The notes: generated by a model from the letters alone, not told the origin. DNA of 64,000 nucleotides from a virus (IMGVR_UViG_3300030376_005461:2850-66849); one strand, 5' to 3'; shown: positions 19,050 through 27,761, counted from the first letter of the stretch. A program made the numbers and translations.

Positions 19050-19472
19050 TTAGAGAAAAATTTCTTTCATTGTTTTAAAATCAAAAATCGCTTCTTGATT
19101 ATACATTTTACCCATAGTTAATGCGTGTTTTAAATCTCGATATACTGAAACTATATCAATAATTAACGTATTTCCATTTTTTATCCATCCGCCAAAAGTG
19201 GGGTTTAATGGTGCTAATAATGGATTTTGTTCTTCAATTACATCAAAAAAAGCCATAGCCGCACTAATACCATGATTTAATATTGTCCTCAATTCTTCAT
19301 TATTTGAAAATTCTCGAACCCAAAAATGGCCGACATCATTCGCAACGGAATAACGACCATATGTCATATAATTTTCATTTTTTAGAAGTACATTTTTATT
19401 AGTGATAAATGTAAATCCGTCGCTCTCTAATAATTCATTATACATAATAGGTAAGTCCGCCCATTCGCTCAT
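19050..19472 (-). CDS. Cassette 5: 140-aa hypothetical protein (GGW...NQEAIFD motif)
   Basis: Track ORF with GTGATT RBS; TATA TTATAAGC at about 19494-19501 on minus. Confidence 0.7.
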   Translation of the reverse strand: MSEWADLPIMYNELLESDGFTFITNKNVLLKNENYMTYGRYSVANDVGHFWVREFSNNEELRTILNHGISAAMAFFDVIEEQNPLLAPLNPTFGGWIKNGNTLIIDIVSVYRDLKHALTMGKMYNQEAIFDFKTMKEIFL

Positions 19473-20341
19473 AATTTAATCACATGAAGCATCGCTTATA
19501 ACCTTTTCCTTTTTAGGTCTACGAAGTTTATATGACTCCCGTAGGGCGAAAGTATATATACCCCCATCCCATCTCAGATTAGGCAAAGTGTACATGGGGA
19601 TATAGGCCTACGAAGTTACCTTCTTTTTTTGATTCCTCTAGAGAGACTAAAGACCTATATAAACCTATCCGCTCCCTGCATCACTCATGCGTCAAGGCAT
19701 AGTGCTTATATATGTTTCGGCTTCCTGCATCATTCGCTTATAAGGCCTACGAAGTTTTGTATTAATTCGTAGGACTGTTATAGAGAGATTTGATAGAGAC
19801 TTCGTAGGGCTAGAAAATTAGGTTTTGACAGGCTCGCAGTACAACGGTTTTGAAAAAAGGGCTTTGTGGCCGTGCTTTTTGGTTGATTTTTCGATTTCTT
19901 TGAAAAGTGTGATACTGCTACGATGCAATTTTTACACTTAATTTATAAAGAAACAGGCCTACGAAGTTAAAACAGGCTTATATACTTTTCGGTGGTGTTT
20001 TTTGGTGTAGAAAACTCACCGAGTGTATCTAGAAGCACTAAGGTTTTTTGACTACACTAGATGAGAAAAAGAACTTCGTAGGAGTAGGTAAGATTAAATA
20101 TAGAATTACTTTTTCGCCAAAAATAAAATAGGCCAGTCCTACGAAGTATAGTGATACAAAAAAACACAAAGTTTATGAAGGCCTACGAAGTTCGCTCAGT
20201 TAGCATTTTTTATATAGTAGATGTAGTCCTACGAAGTACACTGGGGCGGTTCGGGTCAAGTTATCCCTTATATATGTTACCCCTACGTGTTCAACAATTG
20301 CTCACGACATATTGATATAGTAGAGGGTGTAATTTTAGGTT

Positions 20342-20629
20342 ATGAGAGGAAGCAAACAGATAACAGAAGACATGAAGCATAAGATATTAGAGTATCATAT
20401 TAGGAGACAAAAAGTCTATTCTAATACTGATGTTGAAATAGTTAACGATTTATATGATGAAGTAAGAGAATTTGTCATTGAAGTCGGTGGTTATGAATGG
20501 AATTATCATAGAGTTTGTGATAATGAAGATGAAGCAATATTAGAAAAAGAACATTTGAATAGAACTGGTTGTGGTCAATTCAGAAATTTCAAGATACTAA
20601 ATTTATACACAATTTGGGAGAGGATTTAG
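20342..20629 (+). CDS. Early hypothetical protein (first of the plus-strand early arm)
   Basis: 95 aa ORF, tightly coupled to the next gene. Confidence 0.6.
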   Translation: MRGSKQITEDMKHKILEYHIRRQKVYSNTDVEIVNDLYDEVREFVIEVGGYEWNYHRVCDNEDEAILEKEHLNRTGCGQFRNFKILNLYTIWERI

Positions 20630-20845
20630 ATGTCAGAAATAGACCCTTTTTGGTTAGTTTGGAGAGATTTTCATTGTTGGACTCAAGAAGACGGATTACA
20701 GTTAACTTCATGGAATGAAAGACTATATTCAACAAGGCAAATTCTCAAAAAATTAAGAGAGCAATTTCCCGAAAAAGAATGGAGAAGTTCAAGTCAATCA
20801 TGGATAAAAAGTGTTCAATATAGATTTAAAGAGGATTGGTTTTAA
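20630..20845 (+). CDS. Hypothetical protein, Trp-rich
   Basis: 71 aa, TAGATG coupling. Confidence 0.55.
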   Translation: MSEIDPFWLVWRDFHCWTQEDGLQLTSWNERLYSTRQILKKLREQFPEKEWRSSSQSWIKSVQYRFKEDWF

Positions 20846-21321
20846 TGAAAAAACCATGTAGATATAAAGCCTGTAAAGGTAAAATCCATATCAATGAAAA
20901 ATGTCCAATAGCCTCAAAAAGAGGCTCTAATGGTGGCAAAAATGGAACTAAAGAATCTAAACAAAGATTTGGTCTTCAAAATGGAAATGCCAAACATCTT
21001 AAAAAATCGGGTTATAGGGAATGTTGTAATACTCTAAAATCACAAAATCATGATGAGAATTGTAAAAATGCGAGAATTAGAATATTATCTAAAAAGTTAG
21101 ATTTAAGGTTAAAATCAAGACAAATCACATATTCAAGACCGGAAATCTCATGGAAATTAGATTCAGCAATTTCAGTTCAAGGAGTAAAAATGATGTTAAG
21201 AGGAATAAATGCGTTTTGTGATGGATGCAAAAAACCTATGAAAGCAATCGAAGCCTCAAAAATTCATAAAAACGATATTACAAGTCACAATCCTAGAATT
21301 ATATGTGGAGTGTGTAACTAA
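20845..21321 (+). CDS. Basic Cys-containing hypothetical protein
   Basis: ATG 20845 overlaps the upstream stop; CDGC...CGVC zinc-ribbon-like C-terminus. Confidence 0.55.
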   Translation: MKKPCRYKACKGKIHINEKCPIASKRGSNGGKNGTKESKQRFGLQNGNAKHLKKSGYRECCNTLKSQNHDENCKNARIRILSKKLDLRLKSRQITYSRPEISWKLDSAISVQGVKMMLRGINAFCDGCKKPMKAIEASKIHKNDITSHNPRIICGVCN

Positions 21322-21569
21322 ATGACGCTTGAGCAGGGAATAGAAACCTTTATTAGTGATGCACTTCTAGATTTAATTATAGGAAACAAAGGAGAGGAAT
21401 AAAATGAGTAAAATGTTGAAATATATTAGGAAGAATTATGAGCAAATTAGTGGATATGGAAAAATAAGTGAAATGGAAAGAAACGGGATTTATCTTGTAA
21501 TTCCACTTAAAATAATAAAAGATGAAATGAATCTTACACTAGATGAAATACTAAACGGAGAGGAATAAA

Positions 21570-21869
21570 ATGTCAACAAAAGAAGAAATAGCGGAAATAC
21601 AATTTAAACAAGTTTTAGCAAAACAAAAAGAATTATTGTTTATTGCTGAAAATGTAGATTTATTCATAGAGGAATTATGGAGAAAAAGAATGGAAACAGT
21701 AAACGAATATTTAGATTCTGAATATAGATATGGTGTTTATGATTTATGGCGTGGAAATAGTATGGATTTTGATTTCCGTGATACTGGAAATAGTGACACG
21801 ATTTATGCAAAAGTTCAACAAAGAGTAGGGATAAAAAAACAGAAGAAAATAAGAATAATGAAGGAGTGA
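21570..21869 (+). CDS. Early hypothetical protein
   Basis: 99 aa; GGAGAGG RBS. Confidence 0.6.
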   Translation: MSTKEEIAEIQFKQVLAKQKELLFIAENVDLFIEELWRKRMETVNEYLDSEYRYGVYDLWRGNSMDFDFRDTGNSDTIYAKVQQRVGIKKQKKIRIMKE

Positions 21870-22013
21870 GAAAAATGAAGAATTTTAGTAAATTATATGA
21901 AGAATATTATGCGAGATTAGGAAAAGAAAAAATGAAGGAAAAAGTAAATTCAAATGCCGGACGCTTGCGAAGGCAACAGAATTATTAATAAAGGAGAAAG
22001 GAGAGGAAAAAAT

Positions 22014-22403
22014 ATGAGAAATAGAGGAACAGAATGGAAGCCCTGCGAGAGAGTTAATGGTGAAGTAATGATGAGAGTCAATATAGACCCGATTGTATAT
22101 GATATAACAGATATAATTGTAGATTTTTATAGTGATTTAATGGATGATGGTTGCTTACTTGATTTAGCGTTGATGTCAAAAAAACAAATCAAAAACGAAT
22201 TAAAACGACACGCTTCATATAGAGGTTATTATTATGATAAAGGGATTGATTCTTGGACTGGTATTTATAGCGATGAAGAACATGATTACGATATGAATAA
22301 GAAAAGAAAAAAAGCCATCGAAACTATAAGAAAAATTATAGTTAAGCATTTTCCCGAATTCAAAGATAGCAAAGTAGATTTATCAAGGTGGGGATTACAA
22401 TGA
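22014..22403 (+). CDS. Early hypothetical protein
   Basis: Start moved to ATG 22014, downstream of the 21960 promoter and a GGAGAGG RBS. Confidence 0.6.
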   Translation: MRNRGTEWKPCERVNGEVMMRVNIDPIVYDITDIIVDFYSDLMDDGCLLDLALMSKKQIKNELKRHASYRGYYYDKGIDSWTGIYSDEEHDYDMNKKRKKAIETIRKIIVKHFPEFKDSKVDLSRWGLQ

Positions 22404-22714
22404 AACATACAGTAACAAAATTTGAATTTATAGATAGTATTATGAGAGTACATGATAACGCAATAAATGAGGCTTTTACAACCGAAGCATTAGAACTTTT
22501 ATGGTATTGGTACGATTCTATTTATGATGCTTCTCTTTACGAAGATAGGGAATTTTACCCATCAGATATTTCGGGTGAATGGACTCAATATAAAAATATA
22601 GAAGAATTTAGAGAAAATTATAGCGATGATTATGAAGATTTAGATGATATACGAGATGAAACCATAGTTATAGAAATTGATGACGAATCATTTTTGGCGA
22701 TGAATACAATTTAG
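22400..22714 (+). CDS. Acidic early protein
   Basis: ATGA-coupled; 28 of 104 residues are D/E. Confidence 0.6.
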   Translation: MKHTVTKFEFIDSIMRVHDNAINEAFTTEALELLWYWYDSIYDASLYEDREFYPSDISGEWTQYKNIEEFRENYSDDYEDLDDIRDETIVIEIDDESFLAMNTI

Positions 22715-22770
22715 TTAACGCTTGCGAGAGAAATAATAAGGTTTAATAAGGAGAAAGAAGAGGAATAAAT

Positions 22771-23163
22771 ATGACTGAGAGCAAAACACAAGAAATTGAA
22801 TACGGAAATTGGAGAAGTAACACAAAAGGTTGGGTGATGTTAACTAGAAGTGATTTAGTAGCATTACTTAGAGAAATGGATGGTTTTATGGATAGGCATT
22901 ATAGTGGCGAAAGAAGACATTGTGATACCGTTTCGCTTCAATTAGAAGTAGTTAATTATACAGAAGAAAAAGGGTTACATATGAGTAATGGAATAAACAG
23001 TAAGTTTCGTGGACGCATACCGGAAACTGCTGATATTAGGCCAATTACAAGTGAAGAGTTTGACGCATGGAAAGGTAGAGGAACGGATTGTCTATCTTCA
23101 ATGACTTTAGAAGAATATATCGCTAAAGGTTCATTTAGAACAGACAAAGAGGTGAAGGAATGA
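22771..23163 (+). CDS. Early hypothetical protein
   Basis: 130 aa, directly after the 22718 promoter. Confidence 0.6.
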   Translation: MTESKTQEIEYGNWRSNTKGWVMLTRSDLVALLREMDGFMDRHYSGERRHCDTVSLQLEVVNYTEEKGLHMSNGINSKFRGRIPETADIRPITSEEFDAWKGRGTDCLSSMTLEEYIAKGSFRTDKEVKE

Positions 23164-23462
23164 ATATGATTGATACAAAAAAATATAAAGGGCATACAAA
23201 AGGTGATGACGAAATCGGTTGGAGAATAAACAACAATTTTGTTTCAAATGGTAAATCCCCTAATTACAGATTCATCGGTTACATTCAACATAACGACAAC
23301 GGAATAAAAGAAATAATCGAGTTTTCTGATGCTGATGCAAACTTGATAGCGGACGCACCAATACTGCTTGAAGAAGTAAAGAGGTTGCGTAGGCGTATAG
23401 ATGAGATACATAATTCTCAATGGGCTAAGTATTTATCAATAAGAAGGGGTACTGAGGAATGA
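23160..23462 (+). CDS. Phage protein with Ead/Ea22-like C-terminal motif
   Basis: DADANLIADAPILLEEVKRLR matches the common phage DA.lIA.Ap.LL.e...LR motif. Confidence 0.5.
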   Translation: MNMIDTKKYKGHTKGDDEIGWRINNNFVSNGKSPNYRFIGYIQHNDNGIKEIIEFSDADANLIADAPILLEEVKRLRRRIDEIHNSQWAKYLSIRRGTEE

Positions 23463-23748
23463 TGATTGGCGGTAAAAAAAGAAGTAGAGCGGAACTAATT
23501 CATGATTTATGGTCGGTTATGACACTTAATATCCATGATTTAACAAATGCTGAGATTATAGATTTAACTTTTATCATAAAAGAAAAAGCGAGGTCGGGCA
23601 AAAATTAGAATCTACGGGGTCGGTTAAGTTTTCCTCTCAATAAAATTATCATGTGGCCGACTCCAAAGATTACTAATGACGCTTGCGAAGTAAATAGAAG
23701 GGTTTATTAACGAGGAACTTTTAGATTGAAACATAAGGAGCGAAACAA

Positions 23749-24036
23749 ATGGAAGAAGAAGAAGAATATGAACAGTATTGTAAAAAGTGCGGTAAAAAAT
23801 ATGTAACATCAGACATAGAAGAAGAATTATGTGATAAATGTGAATACCAAACAGAAAGCGAAATTGCTGATGAATTGGAACAAGTTAGATACCAACAGGG
23901 TTTAATGGGCGATGATTTAGATTATGAAGAGAAAGGAATACTAGAAGATATGGGAATAGAAGATGACCCACATTATGATGAAGATGACATTTATGAAATG
24001 TTTGGCGAAAGCGAAGAAGAATACGGAGAGGATTAA
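23749..24036 (+). CDS. Zinc-ribbon protein, extremely acidic
   Basis: CKKC-X13-CDKC; 38 of 95 residues are D/E; follows the 23677 promoter. Confidence 0.65.
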   Translation: MEEEEEYEQYCKKCGKKYVTSDIEEELCDKCEYQTESEIADELEQVRYQQGLMGDDLDYEEKGILEDMGIEDDPHYDEDDIYEMFGESEEEYGED

Positions 24037-24323
24037 AATGTATAAATGTCGCATACCTTCTTGTAATAATGAGACATCAAGTATGATATATCGCTTTGAA
24101 ACAAAAACAGGTACAACATATAAAAATGCCCATATTTGTCAAAACTGTTATGTAAGTTTAAGGAGTGAGTAAAATGAAATTTATGAGGCCATATAAAGGA
24201 AAATTAGTGACAAAAGAAGAATATTGGACGCTTGTGAAGGAAGACGAAGGGTTTATAACTAAGGAACAATACAACAAATTATATCACAACAACGTGAAGA
24301 ACAAATACAAAGGGGAATAAACA

Positions 24324-24485
24324 ATGAAAATAAAAAATAAAATAGATAAAGAACAAATTGCGGAAGTCAAAAGAGATTTGAAAGCATATAAAATAAAGGT
24401 TTCGGGTACTTTTGCTGAATGCACTGAAAGATTAGAAAAAGAGTTAGAAAGAATAAACCAAATAAGAAAGGAGAATAAACAATGA
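24324..24485 (+). CDS. 53-aa SAP-domain-like microprotein
   Basis: Not in track. MKIKNKIDKEQIAEVKRDLKAYKIKVSGTFAECTERLEKELERINQIRKENKQ*; first gene after the 24227 promoter. Confidence 0.55.
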   Translation: MKIKNKIDKEQIAEVKRDLKAYKIKVSGTFAECTERLEKELERINQIRKENKQ

Positions 24486-25516
24486 GAAACGAAAGAAATA
24501 TAAGAAGCACAATGATGAAAAAAGATTATAGAAATGTCGCACATTTAATACCTGCGGCTTTCGATATGATTGGACAAAAGGCCGTAGGTGAAACGAGTGC
24601 CGAAGTACTCAAAAACGCCAAAATGGACTTTAGGATAGGAACAGAACCGCTATATGATAGTAAAGGTAATGAACTCAAAAGTAAATTTATGAGGATATTT
24701 AGGGAAGATACAAACCAAACCCTAAGTGTGATGACTAAATCTTATGACGTATTACAAAATTATGAATTGATTGGGATTGCCGATAAATTAATACCATCGG
24801 GCGATGTAGATTTTGATAGAATAGGCATGGTAAATAATGGTGAAAGATTATTCGTATCTTTCCAAACCCCCGATTCTTATACTTTTGCTAATGGCGATGT
24901 TGATGAGACTTTAGAAAGTTACTTTTATCTTGTAAATAGTAATGATGGTTCGGGTGGAGTAAAAATTGTACCCGCACCTAGACGTTTGTTTTGTAAAAAT
25001 CAAGCCTCATTGTTAGAAGCATTTTTAAGACGGATAGGTATTGACCCGAAGATGTTGGTAATACGCCATAGTAGTCTTATGCGTGGTAGAATAGATGAAT
25101 TAATACCCGCTTTAGGTTTAGTAAATCAAGCAATAGAGCAATTTGCCATAGAATCACAACAGTTATTAACCACTGAAATGACCGTAGGCGATAGAACGGA
25201 GTACTACATAGATACTTTAGGGCTAAAAGTAGAAGAAGAATTAATTAGTGCTGATAATCCATACGGATTGGGTACTAGAGGCAAAAATACTCTTGAACAA
25301 TTGATAGAAATAGAAGGTTATGAGCGGAATAACATAGGTATTATGGCTGATACCCAATATCAAGCATATAATACAGTGACGGATTTTATAGACCATCGGT
25401 GGACTGTTGATAAAAGCGGAAAAATCAGTGAGAAGAGGGTAGAATCAGCAATCATAGGCTCAAAAGCGAGAACTAAATCAAAAGCATGGGAAACCTTGAT
25501 AGAAATGGCGGCATAA
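24482..25516 (+). CDS. DUF932-family phage/plasmid protein
   Basis: Motifs LSVMTKSYDVLQN, NGERLFV, LVNSNDGS, RLFCKNQ, IRHS and QAYNTVTDFIDH are characteristic of DUF932. Confidence 0.85.
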   Translation: MRNERNIRSTMMKKDYRNVAHLIPAAFDMIGQKAVGETSAEVLKNAKMDFRIGTEPLYDSKGNELKSKFMRIFREDTNQTLSVMTKSYDVLQNYELIGIADKLIPSGDVDFDRIGMVNNGERLFVSFQTPDSYTFANGDVDETLESYFYLVNSNDGSGGVKIVPAPRRLFCKNQASLLEAFLRRIGIDPKMLVIRHSSLMRGRIDELIPALGLVNQAIEQFAIESQQLLTTEMTVGDRTEYYIDTLGLKVEEELISADNPYGLGTRGKNTLEQLIEIEGYERNNIGIMADTQYQAYNTVTDFIDHRWTVDKSGKISEKRVESAIIGSKARTKSKAWETLIEMAA

Positions 25517-25518
25517 AC

Positions 25519-25728
25519 ATGAGTGTAGAAGTATCAATAAATTTACCGTGTTCAACGGGAAAGGTTTTCTTAAATCTAGGTCATATATCGGCTTTAGTTT
25601 TAGGTCACGATAGAAAAACGCTTTATGCACATATGCTTTCGGGAACTATATTCACTATAAATGGTACACAAACACAAAGAGATTTGTTGTTTACACAATG
25701 GAATCAGTATAATGGGGTTGATGAATAA
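25519..25728 (+). CDS. Hypothetical protein
   Basis: Start moved to ATG 25519; coupled to neighbours. Confidence 0.5.
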   Translation: MSVEVSINLPCSTGKVFLNLGHISALVLGHDRKTLYAHMLSGTIFTINGTQTQRDLLFTQWNQYNGVDE

Positions 25729-25994
25729 TGACTGATATAAAGGATATAGAAGAAATAGAACTACACTTCAATTCGCATATGACTTTCGAGATAGAAAACC
25801 TGTCTGACGAGAACCTTGAGTTATGGACATCGGGTAGAGTCAAGAGATTTTACATCAAGTATTGTACACTACACATGGAGTTAGATGATGGTACTATGGT
25901 AGAAGAGTTTATCTACACCGAGACTACTGAGGATACGAAGTGGCCGACAAAGACCTTTGTTAGGTATGGTGATGTTTGGAGTGGGTGGAATTGA
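25728..25994 (+). CDS. Acidic hypothetical protein
   Basis: 88 aa, TAATG coupling. Confidence 0.55.
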   Translation: MTDIKDIEEIELHFNSHMTFEIENLSDENLELWTSGRVKRFYIKYCTLHMELDDGTMVEEFIYTETTEDTKWPTKTFVRYGDVWSGWN

Positions 25995-26203
25995 GACCCG
26001 ACAACGGTATATATAATATATCACAACATACTTTAACCGTAAAAGAAGTTTTAGAAGAGGATTTTGATATAACTAAATACAATCTTAAAGATAGGGAGTT
26101 TGTAATAAGTCTAGTCAATATGCTACGTTCATCTTACAATAAATTTATAGATGATGTTCTAGAAATATCAGCCAAATTTAGTGCCGGAGTGGGTGAAGAA
26201 TGA
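25976..26203 (+). CDS. Hypothetical protein
   Basis: Track ORF; exact start uncertain. Confidence 0.45.
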   Translation: MEWVELRPDNGIYNISQHTLTVKEVLEEDFDITKYNLKDREFVISLVNMLRSSYNKFIDDVLEISAKFSAGVGEE

Positions 26204-26456
26204 AGTGGGAAGAATACAGAAAAGCGTATCGAGAATATTTAGCGAGGAAGAAACAATGGAAGAAGTAGAGGATTTTATCAAAGCCATTGTTAGGGTAGAT
26301 TATGAACCTAGTAATTACAAAAGAGTAAACGAATTACTAGAAGTTTTGTTCTACGCACATACTTTAAGCGTAAAAGAAAGAGTTGAAATTAGTGAAATGT
26401 TAGTAGATTATATCAGATATGATGTACCACAACAGGTGCGTGACGCTTGTGCATGA
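26181..26456 (+). CDS. Hypothetical protein
   Basis: Track ORF; its 3' end carries the 26441 promoter motif; start uncertain. Confidence 0.45.
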   Translation: MPEWVKNEVGRIQKSVSRIFSEEETMEEVEDFIKAIVRVDYEPSNYKRVNELLEVLFYAHTLSVKERVEISEMLVDYIRYDVPQQVRDACA

Positions 26457-26495
26457 AGTAGATACCCTTATAAGTAATGTAGTAGAGGTAGTAAT

Positions 26496-27044
26496 ATGAA
26501 TATATTTTTTATAGACGAACAACCGGAAGAAGCGGCACGTAACTTGTGCCTAAAACACAAACCTAAAATGTGCGTAGAATCAGCACAAATGATGGCATCA
26601 GCATTAATCAGACATAATGCCGTACCCGATTCTATGCCTCTTACAAAATCCGGTACTCGTTATCGTGGTGGCTACCAATTTCATCCGTCTACTCGTTGGG
26701 CGGGAGAATGTGTAGAAAATTTCCGTTGGCTCGCTCGCCATGCTTTACAACAATGTATATCATATACAGAAACATACGGCAAAATTCATGCGTGTGAGCA
26801 ACCTATTCGTGAAATGTCTAGTCATTATGCTATTAGTAATATGCCGAGTAATGGTGGTCTTACAGATATTCCTTTGGCTATGAACGAAGAGACTACACGT
26901 CGTGTTCCATTGACTCAAGCAGTTCAAGAGTATCGTGATTATTATTTCCGTAAAACTAATGTCATGACAATAGCATGGCCGGAAAATCAAACTCCTACAT
27001 GGTGGGAAGAAGTATGCGTAAGGAATGGTGGTATAGTATGTTAA
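26496..27044 (+). CDS. Pyrimidine-dimer DNA glycosylase-like protein (DenV/Pyr_excise superfamily)
   Basis: N-terminus MNIFFIDEQPEEAARNLCLKHKPKMCVESAQM plus FHPSTRW and YGKIHAC match this phage family. Confidence 0.75.
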   Translation: MNIFFIDEQPEEAARNLCLKHKPKMCVESAQMMASALIRHNAVPDSMPLTKSGTRYRGGYQFHPSTRWAGECVENFRWLARHALQQCISYTETYGKIHACEQPIREMSSHYAISNMPSNGGLTDIPLAMNEETTRRVPLTQAVQEYRDYYFRKTNVMTIAWPENQTPTWWEEVCVRNGGIVC

Positions 27045-27283
27045 AATTAGGACAAAAAATAATAAGAGCGATTGAAGAACACGATGAACAATTCTATCAG
27101 AATTACATCGAGAAGTACACGGAGTATCCCGATGAAGAAGATGATAAGTATTATGATGAGAATTACACCTTGACCCAAAATCTTGCGAACTACGATGATG
27201 ACGTGGACATAGCAGAAATGGTAACAATTATTAATTTACTAAGCAATATAATAGTTAAGCATCGAAGAGGCGAAGAAGAATGA
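27038..27283 (+). CDS. Acidic hypothetical protein
   Basis: Start moved to ATG 27038 (MLKLGQK). Confidence 0.5.
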   Translation: MLKLGQKIIRAIEEHDEQFYQNYIEKYTEYPDEEDDKYYDENYTLTQNLANYDDDVDIAEMVTIINLLSNIIVKHRRGEEE

Positions 27284-27504
27284 TAGATAAAACATGGATA
27301 AAATTTAACAGTTATACTAGAGGAGCGGTAGGAAAAGCACAACAATTAGAAGCGTGTATCAGACCCGATGGTACTGTTTATTTAAGGATAAAAGTAAATG
27401 GTATCATACTTGATGGTGAATTAACTCCTATGGAAGATTGGAGAAAAAACCTAAAAGATGATGATGGTGCATTCGTTTTTGGAAATACAAGTGAGGAAGA
27501 GTAA
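27280..27504 (+). CDS. Hypothetical protein
   Basis: 74 aa, ATGA coupling. Confidence 0.55.
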   Translation: MIDKTWIKFNSYTRGAVGKAQQLEACIRPDGTVYLRIKVNGIILDGELTPMEDWRKNLKDDDGAFVFGNTSEEE

Positions 27505-27761
27505 TGAATAATTCAGATATAAAAAAACTACTAGGCTTAATAGCATGGAAGAAGGAGCGTATTGATAAAGTAGAAGAACAAATAGCCTTATTAAACGATA
27601 ACAAAGAAGCATTACTAGATGATATTGAAACTTATTATCTAGATATAGGTACTTATATATTAGGTGAATACGATGAAGACGTTTCTTATTGGACAAGTGA
27701 GAAGAAAGAAAGTATGGTTGTTTTAATACAATCTGAATTAAATTCTTTGGGGTTGGAATAA
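27504..27761 (+). CDS. Hypothetical coiled-coil protein
   Basis: 85 aa, TAATG coupling. Confidence 0.55.
   Translation: MNNSDIKKLLGLIAWKKERIDKVEEQIALLNDNKEALLDDIETYYLDIGTYILGEYDEDVSYWTSEKKESMVVLIQSELNSLGLE

Larger units (their letters stand above)
17503..20237. repeat. Clustered decamer repeat CCTACGAAGT
   Basis: Exact plus copies start at 17503, 17571, 17957, 17973, 18002, 18453, 18536, 18560, 18913, 18952, 19607, 19746, 19958, 20138, 20182, 20228. Exact minus copies at 19799 and 20073. Near-exact at about 17710, 18608, 19518 and 19764 (minus). Confidence 0.97.

Noticed and set aside
19830-19925. Possible extra copies of the GCAGTA element (about 19837 plus, about 19914 minus)
   Set aside because: Only the 6-8 bp core matches; the A-tract/GAATT half is poorly conserved, so this cannot be separated from chance by eye.
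17503-20237. CRISPR array or mini-array interpretation of the decamer repeats
   Set aside because: The repeat is only 10 bp, spacing ranges from 6 to about 550 bp, both orientations occur and genes lie between copies. No cas operon is present; the Cas4-like gene is a standard viral nuclease in the replication arm.
20240-20275. GC-rich GGGGCGGTTCGGGTC as a tRNA fragment
   Set aside because: No cloverleaf or T-arm stem can be formed; no tRNA genes recognised anywhere in the window.
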